A DNA stretch of 64,000 nucleotides from Trichoplax adhaerens (GCF_000150275.1 NW_002060948.1:5564336-5628335); one strand, 5' to 3'. Shown: positions 1 to 14,400, counted from the first letter of the stretch. Numbers and translations: made by a program. The notes: generated from the sequence alone by a model not told the origin.

Positions 1-3000
1 GGTCGCATTTCCTTATTCATTTTTCTGCTAATATTGAATGTTTGCATCCATCAAAGCCACTGTATGTATGAAGACCAGATTGGTTCCTTCGATTGGTAAT
101 GACAGCCATTCAATTAAGTATTCGTAAACAAGTAAAGCTGATTGGAATTGTAATGGTTAATTATCTGAACAGATCAACTCTGGGTACTTGCATCCGTTCA
201 AATTTTCTAGGCTTGCTTGAGTAGTTTTATCCATGTCCAACGGATTTTAAGATAGAAATAAGCAAAGATACTCTACACACGATGATAGTGCATAGTTCAT
301 TCGGGGGACTACAGGAGCAATAATAGCCTAAAATAGTGATCAAGTCACTTATTCACACACTATTTTACCGATCAAGAACTAACTCAAAGGTTTTTTGACT
401 CACTGATACAGTTTTGGACAGGAGATCTGTCGTCAATGACGAGTCATGCTGTCACGTACTATTGGATTGTTAGGATAGCGAAACATTTATTCTATAAACT
501 ACCCCAAAGTATTCCATCCAATAGAAAAGCGATAGTGTATCACACATTATGATGGCCAGTTGATGATTCACTGTTACGATAGTGAACGACCATATTCTAC
601 GCTGTCGAGGTGGTTAAGTGCCAGTGATTTCTTAAAATAGCTACCACATTCATTGTAGGAGCACCCAAGTATTCCATCAAATTGAAAGTGATATTGTATC
701 ACTGACAGCATCACGATAGACAATGAATCATTACCTGTTATAATATGGAAAGACTGTACTTCTACGTTGTAGAGCGGTTATAACATTTGGAGATAACTCA
801 GTAGTCACCCCGACAACACACGACTTAACCACACATTGAACTTGGCCCTTATTCAATATCCCGTGTCCTGTAGAAGATGCGATCACTGCAGTTTGATCAA
901 TGCTGTCTTAGCTGATTTCTTCACCTTTGAATGTCATAATGGTCAATGCAAAATGCCAATCACATTGGATGATTGAATAACACTAGTACAAATTCTCGTC
1001 GCTTTGCTGACAGCTTACGATAATGTGCTCATTTGTTAATAATTAACAGATCGTATTACCATTTGTCAGTATGATATTGCCAGTAGTTGTATGCTACCCA
1101 AATCTGCATCTATCTATGGATGCTACTCTATTTATCCATGTCATGAAAGGAAGAGATTGTTGTCAGCAACTTATGGCTGCAACTATACGATTTATTTGAT
1201 CCTGTCATGTTGTGAGCTGTAAAATGAACAACTATAGTACTATATGCGTACAATTAAGAACTATGTAACAATCTCAACATCAAGTATTCTACAGAGTGCT
1301 GATCATGATTACCTTCTAATGACTATGCACGGCGTAACTTAAATTTCTCCTAGTTTAGCTATACAGTACTTTAATTCCTAATATTCCTGCTCATTCTTTA
1401 GGCATCAAAACTATGTTGGGAAAGCAAAATTTATCTACGTCGATCAGTCGTCTCATAGTAGTAGACGGTTAGTGATCGGTTCTCATTCAGGTGCTGTAGC
1501 TACCTTGAATGCTCGTACTGGTGCGATAGGTTAGTCAAACAGTAATGAGAGATACGATCTATCTTATCACGATTGTCGATATTTTTTTACGTCTCCCAAG
1601 TAATTTGAAGATAAATTAATAGAATCTCTTATCATTAAATATTCCATTTAGTATGGCGACAAGTCATGGAAAGGCAAGATGGCCAGTTGAATGCTTTATT
1701 ACACAAGAATAAGGGTAAGAAAATCTTCTTGTTTTGAAATACAAATACAATAATTTAACTTTAATGACTCGATTCAATAGTGCATTTTTATGATGGCTAT
1801 TATACGAAATAACTCGGATACTAATTCTTTATTACCTTAGTATCGTCACTAATTTGTCGGCATTTGTAATAGCATATTATGATACGATATGATTATTCCT
1901 TTCATAGTTCTAGTATCAGTTTCATCTCAAGGACGCTTATTCCGCCGATGGGACTTAAATTCAGGAAATATTTTGTGGGAGTCATCTTTGCCAATGCAAT
2001 CTTTGTCACATAAAACTCTACAGAGGTAAATTATTCCTGTCACAAATACAGTAACTAGTTTAAATGATGTAGCCATTACTTTTGTCTATTGGTGAATTGT
2101 GTACTGTACTAAGGCTGATATCGTAAGTATCGTTAGTATTTCGTTATAGATAGTAATTCAACTCGCGCTAATTTTGAGTATACAGTATATGCAAAAGATA
2201 CATTCTCTACCTCATCTTGATCGACCTGGACGGATATTGTGTTTAACAAAAATAAAGAAAATAATACTTCTTTTATACCCACTTTCTAAATGTTTAGCTG
2301 CATCGGTACGGCTGGTTGGAAAGATGGTTGTATCGATTCTGTAACGAATGATGAGGTGATCGCTACGTTGGTCAAAAATACCCTTCTTCTTCACTCTGCT
2401 GGCAGTGGTACAATTATCAAGCGAATCGATTTACCCCACAGGTACCGTATTTATGACTAAATATTCAACTTCTACGTTGTTGAGCAAACGAGATTATCTA
2501 GCAGTATGTAATTTTTAGTCACGATCACGAATATTACTCGTACTTTAAGTTTTGATTTGCATTATTTTTTTACTTTGGGCAGTAATAAAATGAAGTATTT
2601 TGCCATCTATGCCACTAAAGACAGAATATATATTGTTGGAGCTGAAGACCAACTGCGCTTAGCCATCTTAAGTTATCAACGTAATACAGGTGTTCTTTCA
2701 GAACAGGTATAGAAATGACTCTAAATTAACAATTGTGATACTAACGACTTAATATACAATTTACTAACTGTAATATTTATCAAGAATTCAATGTAACTTA
2801 CTGCAATATCTAACTTGAAAAAATTGCAAATTTTATTCATCCTATATATACAGCGATATGTACAGTGTCCCTGGATCTCATCTATAGAAACTAGGTATAC
2901 AAGTTTCGTATACGATTTATAAATGGCTTATTGCAATTTATTACTAGAATATACCTACATAATCATGTGATAATCGTTGAATTATTTCTTAAGAATATTT

Positions 3001-6000
3001 TGATGTTTGATACTACTTTTGAAAATTTTATTCTTAGCTGTCTGGTGATTGATGGAACGTTGATTTGTACTGATATATCATCTGAAAGCCTTCAAACAAT
3101 TAATTTGCCCTCGAAGGCCGAGAGCTTCCAAACTCATTCTTTATTGGTAATGGATAAATTCCGAAGTATTTTACCGAATCTTAGTTATACACTCTAATCT
3201 AAGGTTTACTAAATACAAAATACTCTAAGCATATAACTTACGGTACTCTTACAAACTCAGAGCCTAGGTGTAACTGAAAGAATCACGAAGAGGTCGTACC
3301 TCAAGCCCTTGTTTGATCGTGGATCGCAACGTCAAGAATATATTGTTGCCTTGTCATCGAAGCATCAGCTTGTTGCCAGAAATGGACCAAACGGCCAATT
3401 TGCCGTCAAGGAATTAAAGTCGGAGGTACCTGATAATTCTGAATAACAATCTTGTGATTTTAACCATTTAACCGTACAATACGCGTATTATGAAATGTAT
3501 ATTTATCAAAAATGTAACTATTTTCTTATATTTGCTTTTCGATAATCAGAATCCGCTATTACTCTCAAGTGCAACGCTCAGTAATAAATATTACGTATTT
3601 TCTACTGAAAGTTTTGAACACGTACGTTATAACTAAGCTGTTTAATGTACAGTATGTTATAAGCGATTAGACGATTCTTATGACCTTATTTAATTTTATT
3701 TGAATTATTTAGAAACAAAAAATTACCTGGTTGGATCTCGACGAAGCTAGCGATCTAACGGAATTACAGACAGAGTTTGACACGGATGAAGATCGCGGAT
3801 TACCAGAAAATGTAAATATTTTTTAACTATAGTATCATGCTAGAAGTTAATAGCCAGGGTAATGGATTGTATTATGAAACTGATAAAGCACCCTTAAATC
3901 TAACGTTAAAAATCTTACATAAATTAGGCAATAGCCATGATGTTCTTAAAGAAAGACAAAACCCTGAGCTACAGGGTATTGTTTACGTACGAAGACCATT
4001 CGTTGGCGTTATTGCAGCAAAGCGGTAAATCTTTTTGGTCACGAGATGAAGCTTTAGCGGAAATCTTAGTTGCTGAAATGGTCGAATTAGCTTTACCTGT
4101 CTCTGAACGTCTTCAATCGCTATATGACGAAGTCACGATAGCCAAAGGTCTAAAAAGAACCTTTAAATACAATTTAGACACCTATTTTCTAAAATACGCG
4201 TACACACTCGTGTACTATTATTCATTGCAGATGGGGTCCTATCCCTTTTTTTCCGCCGTATCTCTTCTCAATTAAGCCAATTACAAGTATTTGGAATATC
4301 CATAATATCCAATAGCCTCTGATTAACTTTAATAGTTACTAAAATTTGAATTATGTATTTTACCATTTAGGTTTTGATCGCATCATTTAAAGATTTTCCT
4401 TACAATATTTGGAGCAGTGGAAATAACAAAAAGGACCAAAAATTAGTCAGAGATCAATTCAATTTACGCAAAATGATTGTAGCTGTTACCCTTTCAGGAA
4501 AGGTAAATTTAATTAGATCAGTAACATGATAGAGTTTTTAGAATTGTAAAATAGCCAAATAAGATCCATTCTTTTATTCTAATGGCTTACGATCACACTT
4601 TGGTAGTTATTCGGAATTGATACTGCCAGTGGCGATATAGTCTGGAAACATTACCTCCATAATCTAGCGCCATTTAATGAATACGGAAATCCACGAATCC
4701 TTCTTTTCGAACAAAGAACAACAGCTCATTACCCTTTGCCCCCAAGATGTATTGTTCTTGGCAATGCTAAGGTAATGGCTACATTTTATTGTATGAAGTC
4801 GAGTTATGGTGATATAATGTTATATAAGTTTATATACCAGCTGTTTTTATTAATTTTCAGAACGATGATGGAAAATCTTTAATATATGTATTTAACCCAT
4901 TAACGGGAAAAGCATTTAAAGACAGTGAAACCGATGGTGTATTAGTCGATCATAAAATCAAGCAAGCAATGATTTTAACCCTCACAGATAATCATTTTTC
5001 AAAAATTTTGCTAATGGTCGACCCTAATAATCAGGTATTTTCAAGAAATGTGTGTTATTTATTAACTACCAAGTATAGTATTTTGATTTCAGTTACCTTA
5101 TTTTATTTAGATTTACATCAACCCATCGACACCGGAAGCTGAAGGAGTTGTTATAGATAACTTAGAATCATTGTACCTTCATACAGTCAATAAAGATGAT
5201 GGTCAATTGAATGGATACGCGCTATCGACGGATGCCAGAGATGTAAACTTAATTATATCTTTTGATATTACATCATCTCTCGTTATATATCGTAACTGAT
5301 CAGTTGACCACAATTTATTCCACCAATTGGTTAATAAAAATTCAGAGAATTATTGCTAAAAATATATGGACCACGCGAATCCCCATTGATAATCAGGCCA
5401 TAAGTTTAATTTTTGCCAAATTGCCAAACGGTAAGTCTCTAACAATATTTTCGAATATAAAATTCTATTTACAGTTCATTCGTTTTGATTAGATGATTTT
5501 ATTCGGAATTTTTCCTTAGAACCGGTTCATTCTCAAGGTCGAGTTTTAGGCAATCGTAGTGTTCTATACAAGTACGCCAATCCCAACTTAATTGCTATTA
5601 CTACTGAATCTAAGGACAAGGACAAACGTAAGTCTTACATTATGGTAATCAACTTATATCTGCAGATATACTATACAATCTTTTGATAAGTTTCAGCAAC
5701 AAATAACAGTCAGGATAAATATATTTTATTTTTTATCTTCTAAAAACGAAATTAGCGATTGTCGAAATATTCTTAGTCGATGGAGTTACAGGCGCTATCG
5801 TGTTTCAAACATACCAAAAGAATGCCAGAGGTCCTGTCAAACTAGTACTGTGTGAACATTGGATTGTGGTGAGAAATATATTGAATACTTTAAACCGTTT
5901 TCTACCAAAAAAATATTGATATTTCGTATTTGTTCCTCAGTTTCATTACTGGAACACCAAGTACAGGAGATATGAAATGGCTGTCATAGAATTATTCGAA

Positions 6001-7008
6001 GGGCAAAAGAAATTAAATGAGTTAGATTTACTATCTTATTTTCCATTATCGTATTATTCAATAACGCTTATATTTTTTCTTTGCTTCATTAAATATCATT
6101 ACCTAAATTTCTTATACTTCGTTTGCTATAGGACAATCTTCTCATCGTTCATTACACAGCTGAATACCGTCAGCATGCAATCTTATGTATTTCCTTTTGA
6201 TGTAATAACTATGACAGTAACGCGTACCGAAAAAGCGATTACGCATAAAGATATTCTAAGTGCGATTTAATCATTTGACTTTTGTTAGATCTTAAAAATA
6301 CAATTTATTGATTAAAGATTTGATTATTTCTAACAGTCGGACTACCTGGTGGTGAGATACTTTCTTTACCGAAAGTTTTATTAGATCCTAGAAGACCGTT
6401 TGTTTTAAGTGCTAGCGATAGGTATAATTTTGTTCGAACACTAATTTTACAACGACACGTTTTTATAGCGTGAAAAAATGAACTATTTCTGACTTACAAA
6501 CGATATTTTCTAACGTAGAGAGGAAGGCCTTATACAATATGTTCCAGAATTACCTTTCCCTACTGCTAACGTAATCAATTATAATCAAACGGTAAAGACA
6601 GTTACTGTAGTAATAACTTCACTGTCCTGGAGTTTTTTTTCAATATTTATCAATAATGTTTAATTTTAACCCATAGATTAACGGATTACGAAAGATTGTT
6701 ACCGCACCTGCTGGCTTGGAGTCTACTTCTCTTGTTTTCGCATATGGTTTAGGTAGAGGAATATTATAACGTCAGATTCATAGATTATTTATACTGCATG
6801 GTCTCAGCAGTTAATATGGAATCAATTATGTTATTGTTCATTCTTAGATTTGTTTTATACCCGCGTAACTCCTTCCAAGATGTTCGATGTCCTTAAAGAA
6901 GATTTCGATTACACATTTATTACTATAGTGCTCACGGCCATGATCTTAGTATCCTTGGTAACTGCTCAATTATCATCATCGTCTAACTTAAAAAAATTAT
7001 GGAAGTAA
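1..7008 (+). CDS. EMC1: ER membrane protein complex subunit 1; multi-exon, 5'-truncated at window edge
   Basis: Exon 1 (1..95) reads [31 protein letters not shown](W), a signal peptide plus the EMC1 YEDQ.G.FDW motif. It splices GT(96)..AG(1401) to HQNYVGK. Later exons give [76 protein letters not shown], a C-terminal TM helix and LKKLWK* (TAA 7006-7008). Confidence 0.96.
490..790. repeat. Diverged ~160-bp tandem duplication in EMC1 intron 1
   Basis: CCAAAGTATTCCATCCAATAGAAAAGCGATAGTGTATCAC (~504) vs CCCAAGTATTCCATCAAATTGAAAGTGATATTGTATCAC (~664); similarity continues to TTCTACGCTGTCGAG / TTCTACGTTGTAGAG. Confidence 0.65.
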
Positions 7009-9965
7009 ACCTTGTGATCATTTTCTAATTCATACCTCCAGTCTGTCATATTGATAATAAAATAAAGACGAAATGGTACTGTATAAAAGCAGATAGGTCT
7101 GCATTTTATGTTCGTATATTAACAACTACATGATATAGGAGAAACCGGAATCGATTAGATTTCGAAAAAGAATACCTGTAAAGATGGATTTGATGTATTT
7201 CTGTTGTCAGTGCGAGTTATCTGTTCTTGTCGGAACTGATTTAATGCTGAATTACGTTTTTTTTATCATTTATGACTGATGAGATGCGCCATTGTTTTTA
7301 CTTAGTACGGTACAAAATTTTGTTTTATTACCTAGGTTTACGGTTATTTATTTCTTTTTGCCCTAAAGACCGACTTATAAGATTTTAATAAATATTAATA
7401 ATTGATGTTGTGCCCAGATAAAAGGTACACTCATCTAAGCAAGATTGCTTCACTATTTCTTGTGGGTTCTTCTAAAATTAACAGTACCTTTCGTACTATA
7501 AGTAATGTAAAAATATTACTCATAAAATAGTTATCCTATATTGATATACCATATTAAATATTGTACTGTCTTGTTAACGCTAACCTCTGCTAGTTCTATT
7601 AGCTTATAATTACGATTATCATTAACTGCACTAAGAACTAAATGTTTTTCATTGTGTCAGGCTCTTAACTCATCAAAAGAAGTTGTATAATCTAGTGCAT
7701 TACTATTCTATATAGCAAATGAGTAGACCGTATGTATCAACATTTTCTGATGACAGGAGAGATCTAATGTAGACAAATTAAAGACGTTAATTGCTTAAGT
7801 TGAGAGAAATGTACTTTCCCCTTAGTTAATGTTAAATTAATAAATGTGACTAAAGCTTATGTTTAAAATCTATAGCTTTCGAAATCTTAGCTGTCGATAA
7901 TTCAATAATCAGACTCTTCGCTCCAGAGTTTTATAAATTATGCTTTGTTTCGCTTCTTTCCCAAAAAAGTAGGACGTACACGTAACTCTGTTAGAAACTT
8001 AATCCAAGGTCAACGTCTATCCAATCGCAGTGATATCTAATTTTATATTACTGATATGCACGTATTCACCTCATTATTTTTTATCATATTTATTATTATG
8101 TTACTTGAAATGATTGAACCTCATTTAATTAATGAAGAGGGAAAAAATTTAAATTCAAATTTAAAAAAGGTAAAGAAATAATGAGTTTAAGATTATGATC
8201 TAAGTAATCTAAATCATCGAAAAATTGAATAGAAATGTCTCATACAAGATATAGTATTTCAGTTTTTAAAGGCAATATGTAGAAAAGCATTTAAAAGTAT
8301 CTTAATAATAGTTATAGGAATCAATTCCGATGCAAACTGCCGCAATCAATAATCAGTTCGGTCATATCAAAGGAGATTCTACGATGGAAATAATAAGGCT
8401 GATAATATACGCATATTGGAAGAGAGCGAAAATCGTTTCAATCTTATTTACAAAGTTATCTCATAACAATTTCGTACATTTCTTAATACTTATATCATAA
8501 TACAATTAAAATTCATAATAAGAAAAACGAATATATTCGTATAAAATAATTCAATATTAAAATTGAATTAGATCATAATCAGTTCATAGCTAGCTATAAC
8601 TTTATGGTTACTCATTTTATTAAAACTACGTAAAAAGTAAAGAGGCATCGACTAAATCCATCGATTCTGAGATAGCGATAACAAGCTTCGAAAATAGTCG
8701 AGAAACCACTGATCGGTGACGTAACTTATTGCATAGTAAATATATTGTGCATTCGATTCTTTATTAGCTACTCTTTCAACGTAAGTTATCATTAATCTTG
8801 TTACTTCTGCTTGGAGCTAGTATAATTTCAATTGATAACGTAATTGCTAATACGGATATCAATTATTTCCATGAGACAAGAATGCGGTACCTCTTTAATG
8901 TATTAATGATCTATTCCCATTTCCGTCATTTATATACTCGTCAATGGAGGCCGCTTATGCTTGATTACAATACAGAAATAGTTACAGTATTTCCTATCCG
9001 GGAACCGATCGATCTCTTACTTGATAGTGATGCTAATGTTATTTTTTATCACCACTAGAGTATAAAATAATCGATAAATAAAATCAGATAAGTGATGGAA
9101 TGCAATCTCAAATTTATTTGTAAATCACAATTGTAGACAATTGGAATAGGTGATAAAAGAAAATATTAATCTACCTACCAAGCTATAAGCTATAATCGAT
9201 ACGTCTTCGTTTAGCTGGAGGTTGCGAAACTTCTATCCATCATTATCATTAGTGAAAATAGAAAATAGAATGATAATAACCAATCAATCAATCAACCCAA
9301 TCCAAGTAATTATTAAAGCAATTTTGAATTATTCTATCGAACTAGAATGTGACTAACAAGCCTTAGATCAAACATATAGCTGTTTACTTTACTTTATTCT
9401 TATCATAAAGTAAACAGTTATAGCCAATCAGATCAAATGGATTAAATAATATCAAGCCAGCGGTGATAATTAAATCAGTATGATTAGAGACGATGCATAA
9501 AGTTTTCTATTGAGTTTTGAACTATAGCAATTCATATTAGGCCTTAAGGTAATCATATTGTATGTTGAATTCTTTGTCCATTTTATTTATTGGGAGTAGT
9601 GTAACAAATTGATTTGAATCAATTTACGACATACAAGTTGAGAAGATAAACAATAAGCAAGTTGAATGCTTGAGTTCATATTTAATAATCTAAATTGGCT
9701 ATTCCTACTTGTTGAATTATTTGGTATACAACCGTATCTAATAAGAAAGAGCCAAAATTCCTCTATATGTTATACCTATCCATTAAAGTAGTTCAATATC
9801 CATATCACTATAATCTATACTTGCGCTATCAATGACAGTATACGGATACTTATATGAAACAATTACCAAAATATATAAATAATGATTATCTATTTGAATC
9901 TTTTGGTCAATATTATAAATTGTGTTATAATTATTGTTCTACAGGCGCTATTGAAAACCTACAAT

Positions 9966-11492
9966 CTACTTACCGATTTGAATTAAATCCATTTTTTGCC
10001 TTGCTTTATCGGCCAAGTGGGCAGTATAAATATCACAAAACAATCCATCTTTTTCAATTGCACTAGTATAAAATGTCCGTGCTTGGGTTAAATCGACATT
10101 AACACCTAGACCATATTCGTACATTAAACCTTTATAGTAAGGTGATAGAGAAGAGCATTTCATTGCTAATTTGAAATAATATGTCGATGATATATCTTCA
10201 GTTAAAGACAATGTTTGCGGCGATTTCAAAATTAATTTAGCTAATCTATAACAGCCGTAACCGTAAAATTGATTAATTAATCGAGCACGTCTATAACAAC
10301 CGATAGCAACTTGAATGTCATCACACGATGATAATCGCCTCTTTTGAATCAATTTGCCAATTTGCCATGCAGCATAATGCGAATAAGCATCGTTATTTTT
10401 TTGTAATGCTAGATAGTAATAATAGCTAGCTTGATTGTAATGGTGATGGATACCGAGCCCATAATGATACATTAGACCTAGTGAATAATACATACAACTG
10501 GTTGGGAATGGAAATGTTTCAATATCACTATTAACCAGGGCAAATTTGAGATAATCTAATGCAAGTGGATAATTTCGTAGGATGATATCAGTTACACCAC
10601 GAAAATAAAGAATAGCTAAATAATACATAACGATACTAAATCCAAACGACGATGATGCCGTTAGGTAATCGACAATCAACTCCGTTGAATAGTTATGCCT
10701 ATAGTCTTTAATGATTAATAGCTTGGACATAATATGTCCATGTTGGGCTGCTTTATATAAATATTTTTCAGCTTTTTCTTTATAATCATGGCCATCGTAG
10801 CCAATTTTAAGACGATATAACCAATAGCCAAGATAATAATAAGAAGCAGCACAACCGAATTTTCCACCTTGACTAAAGTAACGGTAGGCTTGAAGGTAAT
10901 ATTGACGACTTTCAGTTAAGCCACTAACTGTCCCTTTCTTATAAGCGATAAATCCCAGATAATGGTTCCAACGACCGAGTTTAGCTTGATCTTCCTCACT
11001 TCGAATTTGCTCTTCTAGCCAGTTTTTGTACCGATTGATCCCGTCTTGCCATAATTTCGATGAAGCTAAATAATAACTGTACTTTTGTTCAGCTTTACAG
11101 TAAGCTCCACAAGCAGCAGCTTTAATTAATAATCGGACTTTGATATCAATCAGGTGATGAGATTGGCTAATAAATCGTATTTTATCAGCGTCTCGTCTTT
11201 CTTCGTGGCTACCGATCATTTGACAAAGATAATAAGGTGCTACCGGATGGCCGTGATCGCTAGCAATTTGGTAGTGTTCGTAAGCTTTTTCTAAATTTTG
11301 ATGAATTCCATCTTTACCTAAATGATAGATACGCCCTAACTCATAATGTGAATGAGGGCTGTTACCCTCTTCGGTTAACTTGATATGCTTCTTCATCACT
11401 TCTTTAACTAAATTTCGATAACTTTTATCGGCATGATTAGCCAGCATTTCTGCCAGTAATTGATCTACGTTACTTTTTTTATTCTTAGACAT
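9966..11492 (-). CDS. Intronless 508-aa Sel1-like repeat (SLR/TPR) protein
   Basis: Single open frame with repeated SLR motifs: YELGRIYHLGKDGIHQNLEKAYEHYQIASDHGH, KAEKYLYKAAQHGH, YYLAILYFRG, YSLGLMYHYGLGI, GLMYEYGLGVNVDLTQARTFYTSA. Confidence 0.9.
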   Translation of the reverse strand: MSKNKKSNVDQLLAEMLANHADKSYRNLVKEVMKKHIKLTEEGNSPHSHYELGRIYHLGKDGIHQNLEKAYEHYQIASDHGHPVAPYYLCQMIGSHEERRDADKIRFISQSHHLIDIKVRLLIKAAACGAYCKAEQKYSYYLASSKLWQDGINRYKNWLEEQIRSEEDQAKLGRWNHYLGFIAYKKGTVSGLTESRQYYLQAYRYFSQGGKFGCAASYYYLGYWLYRLKIGYDGHDYKEKAEKYLYKAAQHGHIMSKLLIIKDYRHNYSTELIVDYLTASSSFGFSIVMYYLAILYFRGVTDIILRNYPLALDYLKFALVNSDIETFPFPTSCMYYSLGLMYHYGLGIHHHYNQASYYYYLALQKNNDAYSHYAAWQIGKLIQKRRLSSCDDIQVAIGCYRRARLINQFYGYGCYRLAKLILKSPQTLSLTEDISSTYYFKLAMKCSSLSPYYKGLMYEYGLGVNVDLTQARTFYTSAIEKDGLFCDIYTAHLADKARQKMDLIQIGK

Positions 11493-14400
11493 GATAACGA
11501 TATCGATGAACCTTCTTCTTCTAATAGGTAAACAAGAAGGGATTACTAATGGTTAAACGGTAATCATGATCGACCAAGTTGTCAGAAACTAAATGCTGTA
11601 TATTATCGAATATTGTAATATTTACCTTGGATGATAGATCAATTCTAACAGTAGATCCAACCATATTTACAACAAAAATAATAAACTTGCCGAAGCGGAG
11701 ATGATGATCAAATACTACTGCAAACTCGCAAGTGGACTTGTTTTGATTATTTTTTTTTTTTTTCGAATCTTGCCTATCTTAATACAATAACCATAATTAG
11801 CTTAAGTCACTAGTATACAATAGCATTTCAAATTACTATTTAAACCTTTATAAAGGTTCTATGTTGTGAACAATATTTCACAATCTTATTCATCAAAATA
11901 TCAACAATACTGTCAGTGTAAACAACATGGTAAGTGGCTCATCCCACTTGGATGAAAAACACCCCTTCCATTTTATTGGATTTTTTTTAATTATTTTTCT
12001 TGTTTTTTTCTTATGCAAAATTTAATTTGGTGAGATCAATATAATTTCAGGGTTCCCGTTGACTATCCGAGAATTGCCTTGCTATGCTCTGTACGGATAT
12101 GTACCAAATTGTCGCCTAAATGCGATAATTGTTTAACTTAGAGCTATTTTTGAAGCTATCGAGAATTCCACCAATAGTATATACAGTATATATATAATCT
12201 GCTTAGAACTACTAAGATTCATTAACCAGCTTATAACACCAGTGTACCTATAACTGACATATAACTAGTTGACTACAAACAAATGCAGTACTTGATATTA
12301 CAAAGTATTCTTTTATACGTTTACTATCCTATCATACTTGTAAAAAGATTGCAATTTTACGCGATGTCCTATTTCTAAAGCTGGCTAGCTATAGGAAGAT
12401 AGTAATTCGCAGTAACTAAGATATAGAAGTATAGCTTCCTATTACGATGACTATTCCATACGTTTACAACAATGCCTGATGATGACAAGGACTAATTTAA
12501 TCGGTGTTCTTCAAGTAAAATTTATCTAGTGCTCCTACGATATGTTTACAATCACATAGCAGCCCAACCCTTTATTAAGCTGTGATCCATACTGTACAAG
12601 GTGTTACTTGACTGTAAATATGGTTAGCGCTGTCGTAAGGATTAAGACGCTACTTGGTAGCAAATAGGTCCAAACAGTACACAACCATCGTATAGCTGTC
12701 TCAACGTAATGATATTAACACCCAGAAATTGCATTCAAAGTGCTTCCAAAGGATCAACTAGTCGACTGTAAATATGTCTACACTGCTGACACCCATCATA
12801 TAGCATTGGGAACGTTATCATATTTACATGTAGAAATTACTCTCAAGGTATTCCCTTCGTGTAGCAGATTTTGCTGGAACTATGTCTAGACAACACAGAA
12901 TCATAATTTATTATATTCAAAAAGACAAAATTAATTTTATATCGAACAGTTAATGTCAAGGGACTAAATAAGCATCAATAACTCGATTGAAACTGTATTC
13001 GTATAGCAGATAACTGTCGTCTAGTATTTTCAACATGATGAAATGGCAGGTACAACTGCTGTCCAGATTGCATCCGAACATTAATGTCTCAATTAAAATA
13101 TGTCCGGAGACAAATAAACAGCAATCCCATAATGTATTTAGCACGATGATAATTATATCTGAAATCTGCTGTCAACGTGTCTCAGTATCCGTGACTTGGA
13201 GTAAAAGATATCCTCACTGTAGACAGTCATTGTTTCGCATTCCTAATGTACCTAATGATATGCACAGCTAGTAGCTGCTATCAAAGTGCCACTTAAGCAT
13301 AAGTTACTAGAGTAAATTGGCCTAACAGTAGAATTTATATAGTATTCAAACATTGGTAAACAAAGCCAATAATAGCATCTTATTTTATATTTCTCCCTTA
13401 CTAATAAACAAAAAACCCAGAACGATCAAAAAATAGTTTAAAAAAAATGAATATTAACTTATATCTTTCGGTATGAAAAGCTGCTTATCGATGATCTATT
13501 AAAGCAGCATATTATCAACAGAATGTAGATGAGTCCTTGCAGCCGCACTACTTCTTGAATTACTTCCTTATCTTATTTTAACTTTTCAAAGGCTAGGTGA
13601 TTGTGGCATTTAATGATCCTTTTTAATCGTATTCATTTAAAAAGCTACAATGTAGCATAACCGCTAATTAATATTAATAATAGGGTAATCAACAATAAGA
13701 ATACACAGAAGCTATGGCACAGGACGTAGCAATCTATGGAAATTTTACCCATTTTATTAAGGAGTGAATGGTGGTAATTTAAAATTAGGAAGGTCGATGG
13801 GTTCCTTTGATTTGGTAGAAAACTGCAAGTACGCGTATATTCTAGTTTACCAGAGATGAATTCTGTTGTATCCAAGCTTTACACGTATGATAATTTTAAG
13901 TTCACTTACAATTGATACTCTTACGCTACAGCTGCTATTAAATCACTTATAATTATATAAAAATTGTACGCCATTCATTGTAAACCCTCTCTATACCAAA
14001 GCTAGCTTTGAATTTTATCTAACCGTTGATATCTTATTTATTCTCGAAGCTAAATTGCCATACGTGCATTTGCTAATGGTTACCAGGGGATTCCTAAGGA
14101 ACATTTTATTAGTTCTTGTAATTACCTCCGCATTCTTTCTGGTAAAGGTGTTTAACTGTAAATAAATTCTTGGTCACCGCAAACGTAATTGATGAATGTT
14201 TTGAAGCAACGAGAACGATCACAATTGTAAGCAGATTGTAGATTTTTTGCAGCCATTCAACTAAAAGATCTGGCTTCTATTAGCGTTAAGCAATGTTGGA
14301 CTGTTCTCAAATTAGTTTCAATAGCTGATAAAAAAGTTCGAATTCACTAATATCAGTTGCGCGATAAGAAAAAGCTAAATATTGTAGGTGAAGGTCTTTC

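Noticed and set aside
150-470. Exon-like minus-strand pieces in EMC1 intron 1
   Set aside because: Only very short frames with early stops; no coherent nested gene.
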